Of a stretch of DNA of 64,000 bases, positions 27,174 through 37,400 are shown piece after piece. The position numbers and the translations under genes were made by a program. The notes under the pieces are model-generated. The model saw only the letters and a program-made list of their open reading frames with translations, did no database searches and was not told the origin of the DNA. Numbering within the stretch: position 1 is the stretch's first letter; each line of letters starts with the position of its first letter. Origin of the DNA: a virus; the IMG/VR virus record IMGVR_UViG_3300027754_005988, positions 32,001 to 96,000 of that record. One strand, 5' to 3'.

Positions 27174-27205
27174 TATAAAATAACATTCAATTTAAACTAA
27201 TTGGT

Positions 27206-27406
27206 ATGAATAATTATAACGATAAACAAAACAAACCTAAAGATAAAAATCTAAACACTGCTTTAGAGGGTTATTTAGGTTCTGAAAACCAAGACCCTAA
27301 TATGGATTGTACTAGTGGTGTTTGTGTAATAAAAGGCGATAAAAGTCTAGTAGAAAGAATAAACAAAAAAATAATTACCGAAGACGGTAGACAATTATTA
27401 TTTTAA
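27206..27406 (+). CDS. Small hypothetical protein
   Basis: 66 aa, correct strand, tight spacing to the next gene. Confidence 0.7.
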   Translation: MNNYNDKQNKPKDKNLNTALEGYLGSENQDPNMDCTSGVCVIKGDKSLVERINKKIITEDGRQLLF

Positions 27407-27413
27407 GATATAA

Positions 27414-28145
27414 ATGAGAAAGAAAAATAAATTTAATCCAGAACTACTTAAAGAAGAACTTAATAGATTTAAACTATTAGAAAACTATAACTTCTATACT
27501 GGTAAACAAGAGGTTCCAGAATATCATGTACCAAATCCAGATGATAATGTTATCTTAGGTAATTTGGAAGAATTAGATGAAGCTGATGAAGAACCAACAG
27601 ATGATGAACTTGGAAATTTAGCTTCTGATTTAGGTGTTGATGCACCAGAAGATGAACAAGCACCAGAAGAACCTGCTGATGAAGAGCCAGCAATTGAAGA
27701 GCCAGCTATTGAAGAACCTGCTGGTGATGAAGTAGAAGTTGACGTTACTTCTTTAGTTAAGGGCTCTGAAGAGGCTAAAATGGCTGCTGATAAAGCAAGT
27801 CAAAATTCAGAAATGCTTTTACAAAAATTAACAGATTTAGAATCTAGGCTTTCTAGTATGGATGCCGTTACTAATAAAATTGCTGAATTAGAAAAAGAGA
27901 TAATTAAAAGAAATCCAACTCCAGTTGAAAAATTAGAAATGCGTTCTTTAAGTTCTTATCCTTATTCTCAAAAATTAACTGATTATTGGGCTGATAAAGA
28001 AGGTGCTTATGATGTTATGGATAAAGAGAAAGAAAAGAAAGAATATACTCTAACACAAAAAGATGTTGACACTAGTTATTCTGAACCTGATATTAAACAA
28101 AGTTTCAGCGTTAAAGAGGATGATTATACAGAAGAGGATATTTAA
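27414..28145 (+). CDS. Acidic protein, possible prohead core/scaffold-like
   Basis: LLKEELNRFKLL N-terminus, EEPA tandem repeats (about 27667-27723), coiled coil LLQKLTDLESRL. Confidence 0.55.
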   Translation: MRKKNKFNPELLKEELNRFKLLENYNFYTGKQEVPEYHVPNPDDNVILGNLEELDEADEEPTDDELGNLASDLGVDAPEDEQAPEEPADEEPAIEEPAIEEPAGDEVEVDVTSLVKGSEEAKMAADKASQNSEMLLQKLTDLESRLSSMDAVTNKIAELEKEIIKRNPTPVEKLEMRSLSSYPYSQKLTDYWADKEGAYDVMDKEKEKKEYTLTQKDVDTSYSEPDIKQSFSVKEDDYTEEDI

Positions 28146-28167
28146 TAAAAAATAAAAATGATTAATT

Positions 28168-28188
28168 AAAGGCCCTAGGGCCTTTTTT
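28168..28188. terminator. Intrinsic terminator
   Basis: Palindrome AAAGGCCCTAGGGCCTTT followed by T-tract. Confidence 0.8.
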
Positions 28189-28217
28189 ATTTTAATTACA
28201 TTTATTTTATTATTTAT

Positions 28218-28248
28218 TTGCTTCATAAATAAATTAAAAGTATATTTG
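28218..28248 (+). promoter_or_regulatory. Bacteroidota sigma promoter P1 of SSB (TTG-N20-TATATTTG)
   Basis: Exact consensus match. Confidence 0.65.
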
Positions 28249-28301
28249 TAAAAATATCTGTTAAATGCTATAAAAATACACAAAATAAATGCTGATATAG
28301 C

Positions 28302-28331
28302 TTGACTTTTGAGCAAAATTTAGTATATTTG
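28302..28331 (+). promoter_or_regulatory. Bacteroidota sigma promoter P2 of SSB (TTG-N19-TATATTTG)
   Basis: Exact consensus match. Confidence 0.7.
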
Positions 28332-28386
28332 TGTAACTAAAAAAGTAAATAAATAACATATATATAAACCTAAAAACAAAAACAAG

Positions 28387-29280
28387 ATGAGTGAATCAAA
28401 AAACCCACTAGCAGCAATGTTAGCGCAGTACGAGGCAAACAACAAACCTAAGTACACTAAATCAACTGAAGCCAAATCATATGATTTGAAAAACTATTTT
28501 AATACTTACATTAAAGAAGGTATTAAATCAGCAACAAAACAAATTCGTATATTACCTTCACAAGATGGAACTAGTCCATTTGTTGAAATGTATGCTCATA
28601 AAGTACAAATTGATGGTGATTGGAAAACATTACCATGTTTAAAACATGAAAAAGATGAGGCTTGTCCTTTTTGTGAGGCAAATGATGCTTTACGTGCAAC
28701 AGGTAAAGAGTCAGACAAAGAATTGGCTAAAAAATACAATGCTAAATTGTTTTACATTGTAAAAGTGATTGATAGAGAACATGAAGACGAAGGTGTTAAA
28801 TTTTGGAGATTTGCACATGATTGGACAAAAAGTGGAATCCTTGATAAAATCCAAGGTGTGTTATTAGCAACTAAAAAAGATTTTACACATCCAGCTACTG
28901 GTCGTGATTTGTCAATAACAATTAACAGAAATCAGTTAGGTAAGCCAACTGTATCTTCTGTATCTCATATGGACCCAACACCATTATCTGAAGATTCTGA
29001 TACCGCTAATGAATGGTTAGGTGATACAAGAACATGGGAAGATGTTTATGCTACTAAATCATATGATTTCATGGAAATCGTTGTTAAAGGTGGTGTTCCA
29101 GTATGGAATAAAGAAGAAAAAAGATTTGTTGATAAAGAATCAGTTAAAAATGATGGTGGAGATAACATCGAAGCTGAATTAACAATGGGTGTTGAAAACG
29201 TAAAAGCTAATATAAAACCAGCTACAGTAAAAGCACCAGTAAGCAATGATGATGATGATTCGGATGAATTACCATTTTAA
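28387..29280 (+). CDS. Single-stranded DNA-binding protein (T4 gp32-like)
   Basis: IRILP, Zn ligands H..C...CPFCE, YIVKVIDR, GRDLSI, acidic DDDDSDELPF tail. Confidence 0.9.
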   Translation: MSESKNPLAAMLAQYEANNKPKYTKSTEAKSYDLKNYFNTYIKEGIKSATKQIRILPSQDGTSPFVEMYAHKVQIDGDWKTLPCLKHEKDEACPFCEANDALRATGKESDKELAKKYNAKLFYIVKVIDREHEDEGVKFWRFAHDWTKSGILDKIQGVLLATKKDFTHPATGRDLSITINRNQLGKPTVSSVSHMDPTPLSEDSDTANEWLGDTRTWEDVYATKSYDFMEIVVKGGVPVWNKEEKRFVDKESVKNDGGDNIEAELTMGVENVKANIKPATVKAPVSNDDDDSDELPF

Positions 29281-29293
29281 TAATCAAATTTAT

Positions 29294-29328
29294 AAAAAGG
29301 TCTGAGCAATTAGACCTTTTTTTTTTTT
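29294..29328. terminator. Intrinsic terminator
   Basis: AAAAAGGTCT-gagcaatt-AGACCTTTTT followed by long T-tract. Confidence 0.85.
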
Positions 29329-29360
29329 CTAAAATAATAAAAATTAAATAATAATTAAAT

Positions 29361-30464
29361 ATGGCCAAAAAACCAGAGAAAAAATCGAATGAAAAAAAAG
29401 AATTTGACTTAGACGCATTTTTAGAATCTGAGAATATTAGTTCAGAACCAAAAGATAAAGAGTTATCATGGGTTCCATTATCAAAAGCATGGCATGATGC
29501 ATTAAAATTGCCAGGATTTCCTAGAGGTTTTGTATCACTTGTAAGGGGTTATTCTAACACTGGTAAATCAACAGCTTTTTATGAAGCAATTGTTGGTTGT
29601 CAAAAAATTGGTGATATGGCTATTGTTATTGAAACAGAAGGTAACTGGAATACAGAACATGCTAAACAAGTTGGTGTTAAATTTATTCAAGTAACTGATA
29701 AAGAAACTGGAAAAGTAACAGAAAAACCAGATGGTTTTATTTTGATGAAAAGCAAAGATTTATATAATAGATATAAAAACTACAATCATCAAGAAAGTAA
29801 AATGATGACAAAACCAACTAGGTTAGAACCAGTTATTGAAGATGTATCATTATTTATTAGTGAAATGATTCAAAAACAAGAGGATGGTATTATAAATAAA
29901 AATATGTGTTTTTTATGGGATTCTATTGGGACGCTTAATTGTTATAAATCTGCTTGTTCTAACACTAGTAATAATATGTGGAATGCAGGGGCTATGGGAG
30001 CTTTCCAAGCAATTGTTAACTTTAAAATACCTTCTAGTCGTTCTGAAGATAGTGAGTTTACAAATACAATGATTTGTGTTCAAAAGATTTGGTTAGATAA
30101 TATGAATGGAACCGTTGTTAAACATAAAGGTGGTGAGTTCATGTTCTTTAATTCTAGAATTATTGTACATATTGGTGGTATTTTAACACATGGTACTAAA
30201 AAATTAACAGCTAAAGCTTTGAATCAAGATTTTCAATATGGAACTGAAGCTAAAATTAGGTGTGAGAAGAACCATGTTACAGGCATTGAAAGAAATGGTA
30301 CTATTGCATCAACACCACATGGATATATCAACCCAGATGAGCTAGATGCTTATAAAACACAGAAAAGAAAATTCATACATGATGCATTAAATGTTAGTTA
30401 TGATACATCAATTGAATATGGTGAAGAAGATGGAACACTTGAAGGTGATGATATTAGAGAATAG
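29361..30464 (+). CDS. RecA/UvsX-like recombinase
   Basis: Walker A GYSNTGKST, IETEG, Walker B FLWDSIG, KGGEFMFFNS, KNHV. Confidence 0.9.
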   Translation: MAKKPEKKSNEKKEFDLDAFLESENISSEPKDKELSWVPLSKAWHDALKLPGFPRGFVSLVRGYSNTGKSTAFYEAIVGCQKIGDMAIVIETEGNWNTEHAKQVGVKFIQVTDKETGKVTEKPDGFILMKSKDLYNRYKNYNHQESKMMTKPTRLEPVIEDVSLFISEMIQKQEDGIINKNMCFLWDSIGTLNCYKSACSNTSNNMWNAGAMGAFQAIVNFKIPSSRSEDSEFTNTMICVQKIWLDNMNGTVVKHKGGEFMFFNSRIIVHIGGILTHGTKKLTAKALNQDFQYGTEAKIRCEKNHVTGIERNGTIASTPHGYINPDELDAYKTQKRKFIHDALNVSYDTSIEYGEEDGTLEGDDIRE

Positions 30465-30491
30465 ATTGTTTAACCCATTAAAAATGGAACT

Positions 30492-31529
30492 GTGAATAAA
30501 AGACCATCACGCAATGGTGAAATAATAGAAAAAAAACAAAATACACTTTTGGTAGACGGAAATGCCCTGTTTAAGACAGGCTTTTTCGGTGCCAAAAGCA
30601 TGTATAATTCAGAAGGTAAGCCAATAGGTGGTATTTATCAATTCCTTACAGTTATCCGTAAATTATTAACTGAAGACCTTTATCACAGAGTATATGTATT
30701 CTGGGATGGTAACTATAGTGGTAAATTAAGATATGAAATCTATAGTCCATACAAAAGTGGTAGGGGTAAAGACTATAAAAAAGGAACACAACCCACAGAT
30801 GAATCAGAGTTACAACAACGTAATAGAGTATGGGATTATTTAGCTGAAATGCACATCAGACAATTAAAACATGAAATCATCGAAAGTGATGATTTAATTG
30901 CTTATTATTGTTTAAATAAAAAACATAATGAAAAAATAACTATCGTAACAAACGATAGAGATATGGCACAATTAATAGATGATGAGATACAAATTTATTT
31001 TTGTGACCCAGCAATTAAAAATTATGTTGATAAATCAAATTTTTCTTCGTACTTTTGTTACCATCAAGAAAACGCAGCACTAATTAAAACAATGATTGGT
31101 GATAAAAGCGACACGATAAAAGGTATTAAAGGGTTAGGAGAGAAGAAATTGGTATCACTATTCCCGATGTTAAAAGAAAGTAAATTAACCTTAAACCAAA
31201 TAATAGATGAAGCTAAAAAACAAAAATTAGAAAGAATATCGGAAAAGAAACCTAATCTATTGATATTAGATAATATCATTAATGGTGTCACTGAAGGTGT
31301 TCAAGGTAAAGATATCTATGAAATAAATCATAAATTAGTTAACCTTAAAGAACCAATGATGACAGAAGATGGGATTAAACAATTACATGATTTGATAAAT
31401 GAACCATTAGAAAGAGGCGAATTTAGAAAAATATATGTTATGATGAAAAAAGATGGGTTAAATAAAGAAATGAGTGAATATAGATACGAAGATTTCTTAA
31501 TACCTTTTAAAAGTTTAATAACGAGATAA
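30492..31529 (+). CDS. 5'-3' exonuclease (T4 RNase H / Pol I 5'-nuclease family), GTG start
   Basis: LLVDGNALF, FWDG, YKSGR, ESDDLIA, TNDRDMAQL, GDKSDTIKGIKGLGEK (helix-hairpin-helix). Confidence 0.92.
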   Translation: MNKRPSRNGEIIEKKQNTLLVDGNALFKTGFFGAKSMYNSEGKPIGGIYQFLTVIRKLLTEDLYHRVYVFWDGNYSGKLRYEIYSPYKSGRGKDYKKGTQPTDESELQQRNRVWDYLAEMHIRQLKHEIIESDDLIAYYCLNKKHNEKITIVTNDRDMAQLIDDEIQIYFCDPAIKNYVDKSNFSSYFCYHQENAALIKTMIGDKSDTIKGIKGLGEKKLVSLFPMLKESKLTLNQIIDEAKKQKLERISEKKPNLLILDNIINGVTEGVQGKDIYEINHKLVNLKEPMMTEDGIKQLHDLINEPLERGEFRKIYVMMKKDGLNKEMSEYRYEDFLIPFKSLITR

Positions 31530-31553
31530 ATAATTAATTTAAAACAATAAAAA

Positions 31554-32048
31554 ATGGCAACATCAGAAACTAAAACAACAGAAGTAACAAACACAAATGA
31601 TTACGCAAAAAAAAATGAAGAAAGATTTGAATTTGTGTTATTTATAAATGACCACATTATATGTCAACGATATCTTAATATCAGAGATTACAATGAAGAT
31701 GCTATAAAATCATTAGAATTAAAAGACCTTGCAGATAGTATCGTAGGTGTTAATAATGGTTCATTTGGTGAAGTAGGTATTATACCTAAACATTTAAAGA
31801 ATAAAGCAATAGAATATTTGTGGAGTAATTATAACCCATATTATACTAAACCTGAAACAACAACTGATAAAATTGATAACTTTCAATTTGAAGTTAGAGT
31901 TGATAAAAAAGTGGTTTTAAGTTCTGGTTTTTCAGGTAATTTATTTCCTCCAAGAGTTAGATATGCTGTGGATATCAAAGAAATTATACCGTCTATTATG
32001 AGTGAGATTAGATATTATTTGAGTCAAAAAAATTATACTATTGTATAG
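31554..32048 (+). CDS. Hypothetical protein
   Basis: 164-aa ORF between exonuclease and helicase. Confidence 0.75.
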   Translation: MATSETKTTEVTNTNDYAKKNEERFEFVLFINDHIICQRYLNIRDYNEDAIKSLELKDLADSIVGVNNGSFGEVGIIPKHLKNKAIEYLWSNYNPYYTKPETTTDKIDNFQFEVRVDKKVVLSSGFSGNLFPPRVRYAVDIKEIIPSIMSEIRYYLSQKNYTIV

Positions 32049-32068
32049 TATAAGTTATCACTTTAATA

Positions 32069-32075
32069 TATTTAT
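32069..32075 (+). promoter_or_regulatory. Phage promoter motif TATTTAT (helicase/RNR operon)
   Basis: Intergenic, 34 nt before ATG 32110. Confidence 0.45.
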
Positions 32076-32109
32076 TAATACAGTAGTTTTAAAATTTAAA
32101 AACAAATAG

Positions 32110-33513
32110 ATGGCAAAAATAGACAAGGATACATTAGGATATTTAGGGATGGAGTACCAATTAAGATTATTGGCACAAATATTAACAGATAAAAGATTTG
32201 CTAACTCAATAATTGATATTGTTGACCCAAATTATTTTGAAGAACAATACTTAAGAATAATAGCCGCCACTATTAAAGATGCAAAAAATAAATCAGATAT
32301 AATACCAGATTTTGGTAGTATTGAGTTTAGATTGTTAGAAGAAATAAGCGATGTACAACAAAGGAAGTTTGTACTCGCTCAACTTCGCAAGATTAAAGAA
32401 GCTAATTTAAACGATACTGAAAAGATTCAAGAGATTGCCATGACTTTTTGTAAACAACAAGAGTTAAAGAAGTCAATAAAAGAAATACAAAAAATTATTG
32501 ACAAGGGTAATTTAGAGGATTATGAGAAATGTGAATCCATCCTTAGAAAAGCACTAGAACATGGTGATAACAAAGATGATGGTATGGATATCTTTGAAAG
32601 TATTAACACAGTATTAGATGAAGATTTTAGAAAACCTATTAAAACAGGTATCAAAGGTCTTGATGAAATAATGGATGGTGGGCTATCAAAAGGTGAATTG
32701 GCGGTTATATTAGCGCCATTTGGCGTTGGAAAAACCACAATGATGACTAAAATAGCTAATACAGCTATGCTTGATGGTCATAAAGTGTTACAAATATTTT
32801 TTGAAGATATGCCAAAAGTTATTCAAAGAAAACATTTAGCTTGTTGGTCTGGATATGATTTAAATAGTTTATCTTTACACAAAGATGAATTAATGCAAAT
32901 GTGTAAAGATATGGAAAATGGCACTAAAGGTAATAGCGGTGTTTTAAGGCTTAAAAAATTCCCAAGTGATGGAACAACAATACCTGTGATTAAACAATAC
33001 ATTAGAAAGCAAATTGCTGGTGGTTTTAGACCAGATATTATATTGTTAGACTATATTGATTGTGTTCAACCATCAAAACACCATGATGATGCTAATGTTG
33101 GAGAAGGTGCAGTTATGAGACAATTTGAAACAATGTTATCAGAATTAGATTTGGCTGGATGGACAGCTGTTCAAGGTAATAGAAGTTCAATATCTGCTGA
33201 AGTTGTTGAAGCCAATCAAATGGGTGGTTCAATTAAAAAAGGACAAATTGGTCACTTTATTGTTTCTATTGCTAAAACACTTGAACAAAAAGAAGAAGGT
33301 ACTGCAACACTTGCAATTCTTAAATCTAGATTTGGTAAAGATGGGGTTATATTCCCTAACGTAATTTTTGACAATGCTAGAATACAAATAGAGATGGGTC
33401 AGAATCAAACAGGTGGCAGTACAAGAAAAGAACACAAAAAAGATACTGATAATAGTAACCAAGAACGCCTTAATGCATTATTTGATGCAAGGAAAAAAGC
33501 AACAAACAATTAA
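32110..33513 (+). CDS. Replicative DNA helicase (DnaB / T4 gp41-like)
   Basis: TGIKGLD..MDGG, APFGVGKTT, FFED, LLDYID, WTAVQGNR, KSRFG. Confidence 0.92.
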   Translation: MAKIDKDTLGYLGMEYQLRLLAQILTDKRFANSIIDIVDPNYFEEQYLRIIAATIKDAKNKSDIIPDFGSIEFRLLEEISDVQQRKFVLAQLRKIKEANLNDTEKIQEIAMTFCKQQELKKSIKEIQKIIDKGNLEDYEKCESILRKALEHGDNKDDGMDIFESINTVLDEDFRKPIKTGIKGLDEIMDGGLSKGELAVILAPFGVGKTTMMTKIANTAMLDGHKVLQIFFEDMPKVIQRKHLACWSGYDLNSLSLHKDELMQMCKDMENGTKGNSGVLRLKKFPSDGTTIPVIKQYIRKQIAGGFRPDIILLDYIDCVQPSKHHDDANVGEGAVMRQFETMLSELDLAGWTAVQGNRSSISAEVVEANQMGGSIKKGQIGHFIVSIAKTLEQKEEGTATLAILKSRFGKDGVIFPNVIFDNARIQIEMGQNQTGGSTRKEHKKDTDNSNQERLNALFDARKKATNN

Positions 33514-33525
33514 TAATAAAATAAA

Positions 33526-34479
33526 ATGACAGAACCAATTTTAAAAAGCAATCCAGACAGATTTGTGTTATTTCCAATAGTACATCAAGATTTATGGGAT
33601 TATTATGAAACAGAGTTAGATGCAATGTGGACAGTTAAGGAAATTGACTTATCAAAAGACATTGACCATTGGAATAATAAATTAACAGATAATGAAAGAT
33701 TCTTCATTAAAAACGTATTAGCTTTTTTTGCAGCATCTGACGGTATTGTTAATGAAAATCTAGCGGAGAACTTTTTAAAAGAAGTTCAGTATACAGAAGC
33801 TAAATTCTTTTATGGTTTCCAAGTAATGATGGAAAATATACATAGTCATATGTATTCATTACTTATCGATACATACATAAAAGACGTTGAAGAACGCAAG
33901 AAATGTTTTAAAGCGATAGAATATATGCCACCAGTAAAGAAAAAGGCTGAGTGGGCTTTAAAATGGATTGAATCTAAATCATTTGCTGAAAGGCTTGTTG
34001 CATTTGCAGCTGTTGAAGGTGTTTTCTTTTCTGGTTCATTCTGTAGTATATTTTATTTGAAATCTAGAGGGTTAATGCCAGGGTTATGTGATACCAATGC
34101 ATTTATATCAAGAGATGAAGCTTTACATTGTGATTTTGCAATTCATTTATTTAATAATCATATTATAAATAAACCATCAAAGGATAGAATTCGTGAAATA
34201 CTGTTATCTGCATTAGATATCGAAAAAGAGTTTATTACTGAATCATTACCAGTATCTCTTATTGGCATGAATTCTGATTTAATGAAACAATATTTAGAAT
34301 TTGTCGTTGATGGTTTATTATCACAATTTAATTGTGAAAAAGAGTTCAATTCAAAGAACCCATTTGAGTTTATGAATCAAATAGCATTAAAAACAAAACA
34401 AAACTTTTTTGAGGGCCGTTCAACAGAATATAAATCAGCAGACTTAAGTGGTCCAATATCATTTGATGAAGAAATCTAA
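33526..34479 (+). CDS. nrdB: Ribonucleotide reductase class Ia small subunit
   Basis: [44 protein letters not shown]. Confidence 0.96.
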   Translation: MTEPILKSNPDRFVLFPIVHQDLWDYYETELDAMWTVKEIDLSKDIDHWNNKLTDNERFFIKNVLAFFAASDGIVNENLAENFLKEVQYTEAKFFYGFQVMMENIHSHMYSLLIDTYIKDVEERKKCFKAIEYMPPVKKKAEWALKWIESKSFAERLVAFAAVEGVFFSGSFCSIFYLKSRGLMPGLCDTNAFISRDEALHCDFAIHLFNNHIINKPSKDRIREILLSALDIEKEFITESLPVSLIGMNSDLMKQYLEFVVDGLLSQFNCEKEFNSKNPFEFMNQIALKTKQNFFEGRSTEYKSADLSGPISFDEEI

Positions 34480-34491
34480 AAATTTAAAAAT

Positions 34492-37400
34492 ATGCAAGTA
34501 ATAAAAAGAAACGGAAATAAAATAGATTTTAATCCTAGTAGAATACTTACTAGGATTAAAAAACAAGCTGAAGGGTTAAAAGTTAATGCTGATGAAGTGT
34601 TTATTAAAGTAACACAAGGTTTGGCTGATAATATGACTACTAACCAATTAGATGATTTGATTTCAGTAGTTGCTGAATCATTGGCTATGAATCACCCAGA
34701 TTATTCTAAATTAGCGGCTAACATAGCAATTAGTAAGTTACATAAAGAAACTGAAGATAGTTTTATAAAAGCTACTAAAAAAATGTACAATAATGGTTTG
34801 TTAAGTGAAACATATTATAATAAAGTTAAAGAAAATATAGACATTATAGAATCTATTATTGATTATAGTAGAGATTATCAATTTGATTATTTTGGGTGGT
34901 GTTCATTAAAAGATATCTATCTATTGAAATTATCTAATGGTATGATAGTAGAAAGACCGCAACATATGTATATTAGAGTTGCGTTAATGATTACTAATAA
35001 TGAAGCAGACTTTAAAGAAAAATATAATGATTTAAGTAATCAAAAAGAAAGCCCAGCAACACCTATTAAAATTAATATTGGTACTAAAATTGGACAAATA
35101 GCTTCATGTTTTGATGAAAATACTGAAGTATATATTCATAATAAAGGTTTAATACCAATAAAAGATGTTAAAGTTGGTGATAAAACAATAACACATAAAA
35201 ATAATTTAAAAAATATTACTAATGTTTGGGTTAATGACGTAAACGATAGAGAAGTTGTTACATTTAAAACTTATAGAAGTAGACCAATAACTTGTACATC
35301 TAACCATGAATTTTATTCAATATCTAACGAACAATTAAAATGGGGTTTAAAACCAAGTTTTAATTCTATTGAATATTTAAGAGAAGGTGATTACATTAAA
35401 TTAGGTTATAATGTTGGTGAAACATCTGTTGAAGTAATTGATTTATTTAATATTTTAAAAGATGTTGATGGATATGAATTAACATGTGATAATGAATATA
35501 TTTATGGTGTTAAAAAATGGGAACAAACCGTTCATAATGTAAAAGATACAGTTGTAAATCATAAAAATTTAGATAAAATTAAAAGATTTTTGATAATTGA
35601 TGGTGATATGGCTAAATTTATTGGGCATTGGTATGGTGATGGTACGTTACTTAAACGAAATGGTAATATTAGAGGTATTTCTTTAGTAGCACATACGAAA
35701 CAAAAAGGTATTTGTGAATTTATAAGAAATATTATTACTAATAATATTGGATTACATTTTACTGATTATCTAAATAAACACAATAAAAATGATAGTGAAT
35801 GGTATAGTTTTTCAATAAACAATAATTTATTAGGGTTATGTTTTGAAAAACTATTTGGTAGTTATTTTGATGGTAAAAAAATAAATTCCTTTATGTATGA
35901 TTGGGATAAAAACTTAGTTGATAATTTTTTAATAGGGTTAATAAATTCTGATGGATGTGTCACCAATAAATTAGATGTTAATTTATCCATGAAAAATTTA
36001 GATTTAATAAAAAATCTTTCTATTATTTTAAAAAAACATGGGTATAATACTGGTTATTCAATGACTAAAAAAGGTCTATACCGATTAGATTTAGGTAAAA
36101 ATTTAGATTTAATAAAAATGGTTACCAAACATTATAATGACGATAGGTTAACTAGAGATTATAAATTAGTGAATAGTAGAAAATATGTTATTAAAATTAA
36201 CGGTGAAACATATTCTCAAATTATTAGTAAATCAATTATAAGTTATAATAAAACTAAAGTTTATAATTTGGAAGTAGAAGATGACCATTCATACAACGTT
36301 GAAGGTATTATAGCTAAAAATTGTAATTTGTCTATTATTCCTGATGATTCAACAGAAGGATTACTTAATATGCTTGGTAGAATATCTGTATCTTCTTCAA
36401 AAGCTGAAGGTATTGGTCTTGCTATATCAAACATTCGTTCTAAAGAAAGTAATGTTGGTAATTCAGATGGTAAAGCTGGTGGTATTTTAAAATACTTGAA
36501 AGTTGTTAATGAAGCATTAAGATATTGGAACCAAAGAGGTAAAAGACCAGGTTCATGTGCTGTTTATATCGAACCATGGCATAAAGATATTTATGATGTT
36601 TTAGATATTAGAAAGAAAACTGGTGATGAAACACTTAGAGCACGTGATTTGTTTTCAGCGCTATGGGTTCCAAATAACTTTATGAAAGCCGTTGAAACAA
36701 ATAGTGATTGGTATTTATTCTGTCCACACGATATTAAAAAAGCTGGTTTAAAACCATTTTATGAAATATATGGTGAAGAATATGAAACAGAATATAATAA
36801 AGCAGTAGAATTAGGTATTGGTACTAAAATTAAAGCACATGATTTATGGATAAAAATCATTGAATCACAAATTGAAAGCGGTATGCCATATATGTGTTTC
36901 AAAGACCACGCTAATGAAAAATCTAATCAAAAGAATTTTGGGGTTATTCATTCTAGTAATCTTTGTTCAGAAATTATGGAAGTGACTGATAGTCAGACAA
37001 CTGCAATATGTACACTTACATCAATACCAGTTCAAAAATTTGTTACGGATGGTAAATATGATTTTAATGAATTAGGCAGGGTTAGTCGTTCAATTACTAA
37101 ATCACTTAATATAGCTGTTGATGTTAATGAGTATTCAACTGTAGAGGGTAGAAAAGGTGGTTTAGAGCAAAGAGCATTAGGTATAGGCATTCAAGGTCTT
37201 GCTGATGTGTATGCTATTCTTAAATTAGCGTTTACATCACAGGAATCTAGAAAGTTAAATAAAGAGATATTTGAGACGATTTATTTTAATGCTTTAAGAC
37301 AATCATGTGATTTGGCTAAAGAAACTGGTTTAACTTATGACCATTATGAAGGTTCTCCAATTTCAAAGGGTATTTTTCAATGGGAAATGTGGGGATTAAA

